DNA from: Octopus vulgaris
Taxonomy: Eukaryota
Reading direction: 5' to 3'
Length of the DNA stretch: 64,000 nucleotides
Assembly (NCBI GenBank): GCA_951406725.2
Contig: OX597814.1
Span: forward strand, 207,328,001-207,392,000
The translations under genes were made by a program, and so were the position numbers. A model generated the notes under the pieces. It did no database searches. It saw only the letters and a list, made by a program, of their open reading frames with translations, and was not told where the DNA came from. This document shows, one piece after another, positions 27,181 through 39,922 of this stretch. Within the stretch, counting starts at the first letter, position 1; each line of letters starts with the position of its first letter.

Positions 27181-28019
27181 AATTATGAAGCTAAAGCTCT
27201 TCATCATCATCATCATCATCATCATCGTCGTTTAACGTCTGCTTTCCATGATAGCATGGTTTGGACGAATGACTGAGGACTGGTGAACCAGATGGCTGCA
27301 ACAAGCACCAATCTGATCTGGCAGAGTTTCTACAGCTGGATGCCCCTCCTAACGCCAACCACTTTGAGAGTGTAGCGGGTGCTTTTATATGCCATAGCAT
27401 GGGGCCAGTCAGGCAATACTGGCAACGACCTCGCTCAAATCTTTTTACGCATGCCACCAGCACAGGTGCCAGTAAGGCGATGCTAGTAACGATCATGCTC
27501 AAATGGTGCCTTTTACATGCCACCGGCACGGAGGCCAGTTAGCCGCTCTGGCAACGATCACACTCGGATGGTGCTCTTAGCACCCTACTAGCACGGGGCT
27601 CAAGTGCCAGTAAGGCGACGCTGGTAACAATCACACTCGAATGGTGCCTTTAATGTGCCACTGGCACGGAAGCTGGTTAGCCACTCAACGATCACACTCG
27701 TATGGTGCTTTTTGCACCCCTCTCGCACGGATGCCAGTCATCGAATTTGATGCAATTTGCAAACTCAATTTTGTGGTATATCTCGATATATGGTACATCA
27801 CCATTTGTGAAATCGGTCTTACAAGGAAGTTGCCACAAGATTCTAGGCTTCCATGGCATATAAGTGAGCAAGATCACAACATTTCCTCTCAACAGGATGC
27901 CAGTGTAGGGTTTGTCATTTACAGCTGAGTGAACTGAAGCAACAACATAATGCACAGTCAAGTCTGGGAATCAAAACTATGATCTTATGATTGAGAGTGC
28001 AACAACCTAACCACCAGGC

Positions 28020-28408
28020 CATATTAACCATCTTACAAACAATAACTCTGAGCACCTCTTCAAACTCCACCCATCTAACACCCGTGGACATATTTACAAA
28101 GTCAGAAAACAGCACAGCTCCCATGACTTTCAGAAACATTTTTTCACGCTGAGAGTTGCTGAAGCATGGAGCAAACTGCCGGCATCAGTTGTTGTCGGAG
28201 CACTGCATCCTTCAAAACTTCCATGCTTCCTGAGATTCGCCAATACTACACCTGATGTTCTCCCCTCCATACACACGCAAGCATGTATCTGACTCATACA
28301 CTATTCGCTTCCCAGACATTTGTACATTAAGGCACATGCTTTATACACACTTTTGACAAGTTGTGGTGCACCTGAGCACTGTATACAATAATTTCATTAT
28401 TATTATAT
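28020..28408 (+). mobile_element. CR1-type LINE 3' end
   Basis: NTRGHIYKV..FFTLRVAEAWSKLP; (ATT)n tail. Confidence 0.75.
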
Positions 28409-28524
28409 GCCTCCACTGCTAGAATGGAAAATAGCTGTAGAATAATGATGATGTATATATATTTATATATTCATCCTCATCACCATTTAACATCTGTCTT
28501 TCATACTGCCATGTGCCTATATAA

Positions 28525-28596
28525 ACACACACATACATACATGCATATATTCATGCATGCATACACACAAACATACACACACATACACACACACAC

Positions 28597-28629
<33 letters not shown>

Positions 28630-29045
28630 CATACATACATACATATATACATACATACATACATACATACATACATACATGCATGCATGCAAACATACAT
28701 ACATACATACATACATGCATGCATGCATGAACACATACATACATACATACATGCATTCAAGCATACATACATACATACTTACATACATACATACATACAT
28801 ACATATACATAATACATACATACATGCATATATACATACAAACATACATACATGCAAACATACAAACAGACCTACATGCATATGTGCATACATACAAACA
28901 TACATACAAACATGCATACATACATACATACATACAGACAGACACACACATACATACATACATACATACATGCATACATACATACATACATACATACATA
29001 CATACATACATGCATACATACATACATACATGCATGCATGCATAC
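28525..29045. repeat. (CATA)n compound microsatellite
   Basis: Seen directly. Confidence 0.95.
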
Positions 29046-29639
29046 AAACAAAAATATCCTGTTGATGTTGTTGAAATTGCAATCAAGGGGCCTTGGATCT
29101 AGCTTAGAAACCATCTCTTTCTCTAATGACAAAAATTATTGAATTAGAACTGAATAATGGCATACATACATAGATACATACAATCATACATACATACATA
29201 CATGTCAATGTATTGTGACCACAGGTTCAAACTTTGCTTCAGTCATTATATATTCATTTATATTTATAGGTGAAAATGCAAGCAAAATTCAATAGGGTAT
29301 TAGAATACCACTTACTATAAATAGGGCTATTGCTCTCAAACCACAAATTACTCACTATTAAAATACACACGTGAATGCAACAAACATAACAGAAATAGGC
29401 TTGCCTTGAATGAACTACAGAAATAAAGAATTCATATATTCCAAGATCAGTTGATTTTGCTTTCTAATAACCTACTGAATTTTGTTTGTATTTTTACCTA
29501 TAAAGGTGTAAACTTGCTAGCCACTTTATTATTATCATTATTATTATTATTATTATTATTAATAATAGTATTCAATTTCATTCATATCTATTTACTTATC
29601 TAGTTTATCTTTTCCTGCCTAAGCAAGTCACGTAAAATT

Positions 29640-29713
<74 letters not shown>

Positions 29714-31075
29714 AGTAAGAAGAAGAAGAAAAAGAAGAAAAAGAAGAAGAAATAATAAATAATAAATTTGTTAATCCAATTTACATCGAATATTTTTTTA
29801 TCAATTACAATAAGTAAAGATTACAAAAAAAAGTCTTGTTTTCAGAAATTGCATAAAACATCAGATTAAGTCGTTTGGCAGCTTGGCTGATTTGGGCAAG
29901 TTGGTAGGAGGTCAAAAAATAAAAAGTAAATAGGTCAGTAATTATGAATAAAAAAAAAAAGAAACTTCCTTTGCATGCAAGCAAGGTGGTCAAACACATC
30001 ATCATCATCATCATCATCATCATCGTTTAGCGTCCGCTTTCCATGCTAGCATGGGTTGGACGGTTCAACTGGGGTCTGGGAAGCCAGAAGGCTGCACCAG
30101 GCTCCAGTCTGATCTGGTAATGTTTCTACGGCTGGATGCCCTTCCTAACGCCAACCACTCCGTGAGTGTAGTGGGTGCTTTTTACGTGCCACCGGCACAG
30201 GTGCCAGACAAGGCTGGCAAACGGCCACGATCGGATGGTGCTTTTTACGTGCCACCAGCACGGGGGCCAGGCAAGGCTTACAACAGCCATGAATGGATGG
30301 TGCTTTTTACGTGCCACCGTCACGAGGCCAGTCTGGGCGGCACTGGCAACGGCCATGTTCAGATGGTTCTCTTACATGCCACCGGCACTGGTATCACAGC
30401 TGCAATTTCCATTGATGTTGATCGATTTCGATTCTCACTTGCCTCAACAGGTCTTCACAAGAAAATCTCTTTAGTCTGGAGATATAAAATATTCTTTTCC
30501 ACTCTAGGCACAAGACCCGAAATTTCTGATGGGGTGAGCACTCGATTAGATTGACCTCAGTATACAACTGGTATTTGATTTATAGACCTCGAAAGAATGA
30601 AAAGCAAAGTTGATCTCAGTGGAATTTCAACCCAGAACATAAAGACAGACGAAATACCGCTAGGGAATATAGAATATTCTTTTCTACTCTAGGCACAAGG
30701 CCCAAAATTTTAGGGGAGGGGGTCAGTCGATTAGATTGACCCCAGTACTCAACTGGTACAGAATTTATCAACTCCGAAATGATGAAAGGCAAAGTCAACC
30801 TCGGCAGAATTTGAACTCAGAATGTAAAGCATTTCGCCCAAAGTGCTAACATTGGAAACATAAAATATTATAAATGTTATAAACACTCCGCGAGTGTAGT
30901 GGGTGCTTTTTATGTGCCAGCCGCACAGGAGCCAGACAGAGGTGGCAAACGGCCACGAACGGATGGTGCTTTTTACGTGTCACCAGCACAGAGGCCAGTC
31001 GGGGCGGCGCTAGCAACGGCCACGATTGGATGGTTCGCTTACTTGTCACCGGCACTGGTATCAGAGCCGCAATTT

Positions 31076-31128
<53 letters not shown>

Positions 31129-31865
31129 GTGTGTTTGCGTGTCTGTGTTTGTCCCCCAACATCGCTTGACAACCGATGCTGGTGTGTTTACATCCCCGTA
31201 ACTTAGTGGTTCAGCAAAAGAGACCAATACAATAAGTACTAGGCTTACAAAGAATAAATCCTGGGGTCGATTTCTTCGACTAAAGGCAGTGCTCCAGCAT
31301 GGCCGCAGTCAAATGACTGAAACAAGTCAAAGAGTAAAAGAGTAAATTAAAAAAGTGAAATTCTTGAGTTTGAATAAAACAGTAAGATTCCATAGAAAAA
31401 AAAATGAATTCTAACATTTCAATACTGGCTCTGTCTGAGAATGGAAAACATAACAATTTTAATGATTTATAAATCAACTAATTACAATGATAATTAACTA
31501 ATTCACAAATTGGCAAATACCGTCTCAGTTATGCTAATATAGGTGTAGGTATGGCTGCATGGTTAAAAAGCTTGTTTTGGAGTCATGTGGTTTCCGGTTC
31601 AGTCCTACTGCACACCACCTTGGGCAAGTGTCTTCTATCATAACCCAAGGTTGACCAATGCCTTCTGAGTGAATTTGGTAGAGTGTGTGTGTGTGCCATT
31701 ATTCAGTTTCATTTCAAGATTTCTTGCCAATAGAGAAAGAATCAGTTTCTAACCAATGCCCCTTCATTGGAATTTCAACATCAACAACGGTATTTTTGTA
31801 TGTACGTATGTATGTATGTATGTATGTATGCATGCATGTATGTATGTATGTATGTATGTATGTAT

Positions 31866-32115
31866 GATACTTTTGAGAGAGCACGTATCCAGCATGAAGA
31901 ACTTAAGCGAACTGCGCGAAAGCGCACGGCTCGTATAGTGAATGGGGAAAGCTTGGTCTGCAATGTTTGCAGTCGTGTATGCTTGTCAAGAGCAGGGCTC
32001 ATTAGCCACCAACGGAGCCGCAAATGCAAAATATAAGTTAGTCCTAGAGCACACAATGTTCCTGAAGGTCAGCAATGGTCTTCCTTGGTCACAAGTGGAT
32101 GGCCATCATCATCAT
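31866..32115 (+). mobile_element. 3' end of a second RTE-clade LINE inserted in (ATGT)n
   Basis: C-terminal CNVCSRVCLSRAGLISHQR zinc-finger-like motif; (CAT)n tail. Confidence 0.7.
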
Positions 32116-32803
32116 GTATGTATGTATGTAGGTATCCATGTTTGTATATGTGCAGATTTGTATGTTTTGTTCTATGTATATACTCTCATGCATATAGTTC
32201 CATATCTAGACATGCTCATATATATTTAAATAATAAACTGCTGGAAAGTTTAACTGATCAGATCTGAAGTCTTTGAATTAGCTTTTCCTTTCTGGTTTTG
32301 AGAAGCCTAATTTCTCAAGATTGGTATTTAGGCAGTGTGCTACATATCCCAGAGCCCCAATATTTACAGGTACAAACCTGAACTTCTAATTTGGATAGAG
32401 TATGTATGTATGTATGTATAATTGCATGTATGTATGTATGTATGTATGTATGTATGTATGTATGTATGTATGTTTGTGGGTGTGTGAGTGTGTGTATGTG
32501 GGTCCTTGTATTTGTCCACCTGTCCACATACACACGCTGCTTGATGACCACTATTGGTTTGTTTATGGCCCTGTAGCTTAGCAGTTCAGCCAAAGAGACT
32601 GATGGAAGAAGTACCTGATTTATGAATAAAAATCGGTACTGAGGTTGATTTGCTCCACTAAAAACTTTCAAGGCAGTGCCCCAGCATGGCCACAGTCCAA
32701 TGATTGAAAACAAGTCAAAGGTAAAAGATGAGAAAAAGCTGTTAAGCATTCAGAGACAGAGAGATGATGAAAGAGATTGATAGAGAAAGAGAGTGAGAGT
32801 GAA

Positions 32804-32877
<74 letters not shown>

Positions 32878-32892
32878 GAAGAAAGTGTGTTT

Positions 32893-33037
32893 TGACCTTT
32901 GACCGCTGAGGAGAAAGTTTATGTCTTAGATATTTTATTCCATTTAAAGTCCAAAGGTTGTACATCTCTTTGATTGGACTGAAAAACATTGCCTTTTGGA
33001 AATAATGAATTCAGAAGTATTTAGAAGTCAAAGTCCA
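32893..33037. promoter_or_regulatory. Cluster of three DR1/HNF4-like nuclear receptor sites
   Basis: TGACCTTTGACCG (32893), AGTCCAAAGGTTG (32948), AAGTCAAAGTCCA (33025). Confidence 0.4.
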
Positions 33038-33197
33038 AACATAATTATGAAAATCTAAACTTATCCATCTTACTTCCAAATTAAGGAACCAACACTTCTT
33101 CCTCCTTATCATCATCATCATCATCATCAACTGCAGCAGCAGCAGAACCACCACCATTATCACCACTTTTTGTGTAATACAGATATCAGCAGATTTG

Positions 33198-33337
<140 letters not shown>

Positions 33338-33338
33338 G

Positions 33339-33390
<52 letters not shown>

Positions 33391-33453
33391 GTATATATAT
33401 ATATATATATATATGTGTGTAAATGTAATATGTGACAATTATTCGGTAACCAT

Positions 33454-33514
33454 GATAAAACTCTGAGTTTCGGATGCCGAGGTGGAAGTCCATGCCGCCA
33501 TCTCTTCAGCTATC
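33454..33514 (-). ncRNA. Type I hammerhead-ribozyme-like motif
   Basis: gatag-CTGAAGA-gatg..catc-c-GAAA-ctc.a.gag-TT-ttatc. Confidence 0.6.
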
Positions 33515-33553
33515 CGGCCATCGGAAAAATGCTATGTCTTACCGTTTTTATGA

Positions 33554-33584
<31 letters not shown>

Positions 33585-33694
33585 CATATATATATATATA
33601 TCACCACCACCATATACATGAATGTGTGTGTGTGTGTGTGTGTGTGTTTGTGTGTGTGCATGTATGGTAGTGATGGAGCTGGTACTTGTGGTCG

Positions 33695-34505
33695 CATTGG
33701 TGGTGGTGGTGGTGGTGGTGGTGGTGGTTGGTGGTTGGTGGTTGGTGGTGGTGGTGGTTGGTGGTGGTGGTGGTGGTGGTGGTGGTGGTGGTGGTTGGTG
33801 GTGGTGGTGGTGGTGGTAGTGGTGGTGGTGGTGGTGGTGGTGCTGATAGGTTGATGGTGGAGGTGAAGCTTCATTTAATTCCATGTTTACTTTAGACTTT
33901 CTGCCAGACAATAGTTGATGTCTAAGTTCAAAACAAAAAACATATGAAAGTTATATTTGTTTCCTCTCTTCCAACTGACCAATGGTGGTGACAATGGTGA
34001 TGGTGGTAGTGGTGGTGGTGGTGGTGGTGGTGGTGACAATGGTGATGGTGGTGGTGACAATGGTGATGGTGGTGGTGGTGGTGGTGGTGGTAGTGGTGGT
34101 GGTGGTGACAATGGTGATGGTGGTGGTGACAATGGTGATGGTGGTGGTGGTGGTGGTAGTGGTGGTGGTGGTGACAATGGTGATGGTGGTGGTGGTGTTA
34201 GTGGTGGTGGTGGTGACAATGGTGATGATGGTGGTGGTGGTGGTGGTGGTGGTGGTAGTGGTGGTGGTGGTGACAATGGTGATGGTGGTGGTGACAATGG
34301 TGATGGTGGTGGTGGTGGTGGTGTTAGTGGTGGTGGTGGTGACAATGGTGATGGTGGTGATGGTGGTGGTGGTGGTGGTGGTGGTAGTGGTGGTGGTGGT
34401 GACAATGGTGGTGGTGGTGGTGGTGGTGGTGGTGGTGGTGGTGGTGGTGGTGGTGGTGGTGGTGGTGGTGGTGGCGGTGAGGAGGAGGAAGAGGAGGAGG
34501 AGGAC
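33695..34505. repeat. (GGT)n compound repeat with a higher-order GGTGACAATGGTGAT unit
   Basis: Seen directly. Confidence 0.95.
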
Positions 34506-34747
34506 CTCAGTTTATTGGTATGGGAGGAGGGGTTGTTTACCATATTCATAAAAGAGCATTTATCTATCCTTTGACTTTTTGGTTAGCTTTTAGAAGCTGC
34601 ACTCATTCCCTCATTCAATTGTCCTTGCATTTTTGTTTTTCTTCATCTCCTTCTTTATTTCATTCATTCATTCAACAGACACAGAAATCATTTCCTAAGT
34701 TTTAGCTCAAGAGGAAAGAACTTACTTTTCTATCTGAACCAAGTGCC

Positions 34748-34810
34748 ATGGCTACATATGGAAGTCTCTTAGAAGAACAAGAAAAACTTAATTCCGAATG
34801 CCCAGAAGTG
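34748..34810 (+). CDS. SNX10/11-like PX protein, coding exon 1 (MATYGSLLEEQEKLNSECPEV)
   Basis: Kozak-like gccATGG; GTaagt donor; acceptor-like caacAG at 34678. Confidence 0.75.
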
Positions 34811-34949
34811 GTAAGTTTATGCTAAATTTAAAATTTTACAAATTTAAAGGTTTACATCAAAACAAAAGTTGAACAAAATTTTTCTTTTCTTGAAGACAGA
34901 TGCATTCCCTTTACAAAACTACAGTCTCCTACAAGTGAATATACATACA

Positions 34950-35032
<83 letters not shown>

Positions 35033-36726
35033 AAAATATTTTTAAAAGGAAAAAAACACCTTTTATCAATTCAGTAATGAAAAATTAAATTATACCAATT
35101 AGAAAAATTACATATTTATAGAAAGATTAAATATATGATAAAACATATAACAATGATTAAGTAATGTGCAAAATGGTAAATAAAACGTATATATATATTA
35201 TATTTTTGCGAAATTTGATTTAGTATTTCTAAATTGAATTTTTCCCTGTAAGTTTCGAATAATATTCCCTCATACTATTATTATTATTATTTTTATATTA
35301 TATTTATAACTAACGTTTCTGAGAGTTTACCCTTATTTTCGTCGGTTATGGAACTTACAGGTAAAATAGAACCTTTTTTTTTGGAATTCATCTTTGAAGG
35401 ATATTCCTATACCATCTAGAAAGGAATATATTTTAATATGTGATTTTTCTAATTGGTATAATTTAATTTTTCATTATTGAATTGATAAAAGGTGGGTTTT
35501 TTTCTAATTTATATATATATATATTATATTTTGTGAAATTTGATTTAGTATTTCTGAATTGAATTTTTCCCTGTAAGTTTGGAATAATATTCTCTCATAT
35601 TATTATTATTATTTATATATATATATATATATATGAATATACATACATTCATATACACACACATACACACACACACACATATATATATTATTGTGTCTGG
35701 GGACTACTGTAAAGGTTGCAAGTCACAAAAATTTTAGTAAAACTAATAAGGAAATGAGTGGAAATTGGTCTGTTAAATTAATAAGGCACTAAAAGAGAAT
35801 GACCCTCCTCAGATCACAATAAAATATGCTTCAACACACGAATTCACATAAACAATCTTGTAAACCACATACAAAAACAAAGGAGTTTCTGTGTGGTAAG
35901 TAGCTTGCTTACCAACCACATGGTTCTGGGTTCAGTCCCAGTATGTGGCACCTTGAATAAGTGTCTTCTACTATAGCCTCAGGCTAAACAAAGCCTTGTG
36001 AGTGGATTTGGTAAATGGAAACTGAAAGAAGCCTATTGTGTGTGTGTGTGTGTGTGTGTTTGTGTGTTTGTGTTAAAAGTTTGGTTGTGTTAATTATTGG
36101 TTGTCACATATGTTAATTATTGGTTGTTAATTATTTGTGACAATTATTGGTTGTCGCAAAATACCACAATACATATATACATTCTTTGGTAACAAGAACA
36201 TGTTAAGAACATAAAAAAGTATAACAAGTTCATTAAAATATTGGGCACTTTGTTATATATAAACATCACACGAGTCCCGAAAATCATACGGTACCTTACA
36301 ACTCCACTTTGTTAAATATAATTACACAAGTCCCGAAAATCATGCGGTACCTTACAACTCCACTTTGTTATATATATATATATATATATATACAGGGTTG
36401 GCCAAAAGTCACCTGTCAGTAAATAAAAAAACCATTCAATTCCAAGATTAAACAAAAAATTATTTTATATGAGACTTCACTAATAACTAGACAAGTGTTG
36501 AAAAGAAAAACAGTGAATTTAACTCACAGCATTCAATTATTAAACATTCATAACTGGAATGAATGAATAAAATTGAATATTAAGTATTTATGGTATTTTA
36601 ATTTACTGTCAGGTAAACACTTTATGTACACACAAACATATATATACCAACATTATTTGCATTAATAATAATAATTACATTGAAAAATACCTTAGAAATG
36701 AGAACTCTGGTTCGAAATTTCCCCAA

Positions 36727-36769
36727 GACACCTGATGAAGGTTGGAGGGTATATCAGCCAAAACGTGTT
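36727..36769 (+). ncRNA. Degenerate minimal hammerhead motif in a Penelope-like terminal repeat
   Basis: gacac-CTGATGA-aggttg..cagcc-AAAA(G>A)-cgtgtt. Confidence 0.55.
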
Positions 36770-36857
36770 AACAACAAACAGGACGAGGACAAATATCCAT
36801 CAAATGTAAATAACGTAAATAATGTATGTAATTCCTCATCTCTTAAGTATAGAACTG

Positions 36858-36908
<51 letters not shown>

Positions 36909-36967
36909 GGATAAAGAGAAAATGGAGAGGTAATTAATAAAATTATTTATTAATTATAAAATATGAC

Positions 36968-37053
36968 ATCTCTGACAGCTGTTTTGATTCGGAAATCTTT
37001 AGATAATTAATTTATAAAATTAAAATCATTATAAGATGAATCTCTTCAGAGAT
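36968..37053 (-). ncRNA. Degenerate type I hammerhead motif
   Basis: atct-CTGAAGA-gattc..gaatc-AAAA(G>A)-cagctg-TC-agagat. Confidence 0.6.
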
Positions 37054-37134
37054 AGTAAAGACATACTGATTAGAAATACATGTTGAGATAACTGCTATAA
37101 AACCGTTAACAGTGGTGGTGGTGGTGGTGGTGAT

Positions 37135-37460
37135 CCCTTGTACAGCACTATTACCTGCAGAAACTATTTCATAGTCTCACATAGGTGCTGCCATCAAGAG
37201 GAATTCTCCAGTGACTAGACACGGCCATTCACGTAGGGGCTAGAAAGATTCTTCATCTTCCACATACCACTTCCTCTTCCTTTTTGTACAGCAGCCAGCG
37301 TGATGGCGGACTAAGTCTTCACCAGATGGTGAGACTGATCCCTAAGTGTGTCATCCGCCGTAATCTGCACCTGCTGACATCGGGTTACGTCTCCATTAGA
37401 AAAATTGCTGATTGTGCAGGACTAGTCGAACAGAATTAGCAATTAGTAGCATCCTACGAT
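37135..37460 (+). mobile_element. R2/NeSL-type LINE fragment (post-RT thumb region)
   Basis: LDTAIHVGARKILHLPHTTSSSFLYSSQRDGGL, with in-frame stops upstream. Confidence 0.6.
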
Positions 37461-37477
37461 TTGCTCAATAAATGTTT

Positions 37478-37700
37478 ACTCTTACTCTTTTACTTGTTTC
37501 AGTCATTTGACTGCGGCCATGCTGGAGCACCGCCTTTAGTCGAGCAACTCGATCCTGGGACTTATTCTTTTTGTACGCCCAGTACTTATTCTATCGGTCT
37601 CTTTTTGCCAAACCGCTAAGTGACGGGGACGTAAACACACCAGCATCAGTTGTCAAGCAATGCTAGGGGAACAAACACAGACGCACAAACACACACACAT

Positions 37701-37737
<37 letters not shown>

Positions 37738-37898
37738 TACGACAGGCTTCTTTCATTTTCCATCTACCAAATCCACTCACAAGGCATTGGTCGGCCCGGG
37801 GCTATAGCAGAAGACACTTGCCCAAGGTGCCACGCAGTGGGACTGAACCCAGAACCATGTGGTTGGTTAGCAAGCTACTTACCACACAGCCACTCCTG
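37478..37898 (-). mobile_element. SINE family B
   Basis: Matches 15678-16101. Confidence 0.9.
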
Positions 37899-38090
37899 TG
37901 TATATGTTTGCGTGCATATGTGTATCCATGAGTGCACATGCACACACACACACACATGTACATGCATATGCATTTCTTCAATAGATTCAATGCTAACACT
38001 GACAGCCCCTGTTCTTTTCTAATCATAATGAATAATTATTAATCATTACAAGTATTTATTTATATTTCCTATCTGCTACCTTTATTGCAG

Positions 38091-38177
38091 GATCGTGCTG
38101 ACTTTCTGGTAACAAATCCAAAGACCGTTTACAAAAATAACAGACCTCAATACACACGATATGAGATCATCACTAAT
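38091..38177 (+). CDS. SNX10/11-like exon 2 (DRADFLVTNPKTVYKNNRPQYTRYEIITN)
   Basis: ttgcAG/GTaagt; PX beta-strand pattern V.NP...YT.YEI. Confidence 0.85.
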
Positions 38178-38247
38178 GTAAGTCTTAATATTTTGTAGAT
38201 CTATCTTACTTTCTCTTATGCTTTTCACTTTTCTACCTTTACAGTTT

Positions 38248-38292
<45 letters not shown>

Positions 38293-38792
38293 TTTTAACC
38301 TTTTCATTACCAACCCAGCTGAAACCGGCTCTGGCTCTGTAATACAAATGTCTAATTTTCATAAGTTTTGAATTAAAATCTTCCACCAAACCTTTGTCAC
38401 AATTAATGTTCCTAACACTAGCTGAATGAGGTGGTGGTGGTGGTGGTGGTGGCTGCAGCGGTGGCAGTGGCGGTGGCAGCGGCGGTAGCAGTGGCAGTGG
38501 TGGTGGCGGTGGTGGTGGTGAAATGTCATCTGGTCAAGTATATCTGAAAGAGACATGGACTTATTGTTACTTCTGGAAACTGTTCTACAAAACCTTTCTG
38601 AGCTCCTATTTCAAAGTCTGTCAACAAAGATTTTAGATTAAGTTGTGGTTTGAGTTGCAGCAAAAATGTGAATAGACAAACATATGGTTCCTTTGTCTTA
38701 CCTGAAAGAAGGACTAAAACTGGGAATACTAAATGTACCTTCTTGGATATGGGTACAATATAGCTGATAATATATTGATGGACTGACTTTAA

Positions 38793-39012
38793 CCCTTTCG
38801 TTACTGTATTTATTTTAAGATGCTCTGTGTTTCTTTCAATTACTTTAAATATAACAAAGAATTTAGTAAAATAACTTAGTTATCATGTAGTTACTGTTAG
38901 GAACATAAATTGTGACTAAGGTTTGGTGGAAGATTTTAATTCAAAACTTATGAAAACAAGGCATTTGTACTCAGATCCAAAGCCTGTTTCAGCCGGGTTG
39001 GTAACGAAAGGG
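38793..39012. mobile_element. piggyBac-type MITE, family 2
   Basis: TTAA-CCCTTTCGTTAC...GTAACGAAAGGG-TTAA; copies at 49397-49618 and an inverted partial at 38299-38424. Confidence 0.9.
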
Positions 39013-39344
39013 TTAAAGGTACCATCTGCTGCCCAGTTAAGAAAAATCTATCAAATCTTCTAAGCCATCTTCCATTGCAAATTGTATTCTATTTGTGTCA
39101 TCAACGCCAGAATCAAATGCAAAGAACTTCTCTCCAGTTGCAAGAAAACAGTAGGATTCTGGTATCTCAAAATTATTCCTTTGCTGTAGAATTGGTGGTA
39201 CATTTTGTGCTTTTTGTTTCCATCGGTGTACATTTCTTCCCATTGATGATAAAGAGGGCATGTGGGTAATTGAAAACTGATCTTCATTAGTGATCATAGC
39301 TCCAGTAAGACTACTTGCTGGTTGGTATACTGAAATTGATGAAG

Positions 39345-39574
39345 GCAGCGAGCTGGCAGAAACGTTAGCACGCCGGGCGAAATTCGTAGCCGTATTTCGT
39401 CTGCTGCTACGTTCTGAGTTCAAATTCCGCCGAGGTCGACTTTGCCTTTCATCCTTTTGGGGTCGATAAATTAAGGACAAGTTACGCACTGGGGTTGATA
39501 TAATCGACTTAATCCGTTTGTCTGTCCTTGTTTGTCCCCTCTGTGTTTAGCCCCTTGTGGGTAGTAAAGAAATA
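39345..39574 (+). mobile_element. SINE family A
   Basis: 21-bp TSD GGTATACTGAAATTGATGAAG. Confidence 0.9.
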
Positions 39575-39922
39575 GGTATACTGAAATTGATGAAGTTTTT
39601 AACCTGGACATAACTTCTTGCACTCTAACTTTAGCAGCTGAGGATCCATGGTTACATTCATTACAGCATGTCATGACTGAGTCATTCACTGTATGCAATC
39701 TTGCTTTGCAAAGTCAATCTACACATTTCCAGAATGTTTTTGTTTCATTGGCATTTTTCTTAAGATAGTGGTAGCTGTAATTTTCCTCATCAACAAATAT
39801 CTTTCTACCACAGTTAGATTTTCTAAACTTAGCTATGGATTTCAAATAAAACTTTGAATTATAAAATCCAGAATGTATTAGGCATTTACAGTTTGCACTG
39901 CTTGAGTTAACTAAAATTGTAT

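Larger units (their letters stand above)
38545..39920 (-). mobile_element. MULE/Mutator FLYWCH transposase pseudogene interrupted by nested insertions
   Basis: FWKC..CKARLH..NH, WAADGTFK, YQLY and TDFE..A...FP....C motifs. Confidence 0.85.

Noticed and set aside
28424-29142. Long HTYI/MYVC ORFs
   Set aside because: (CATA)n microsatellite artefact
33887-34574. Pro-, Gly- or Val-rich ORFs resembling extensin or a glycine-rich protein
   Set aside because: Translation of a (GGT)n repeat that is open in several frames
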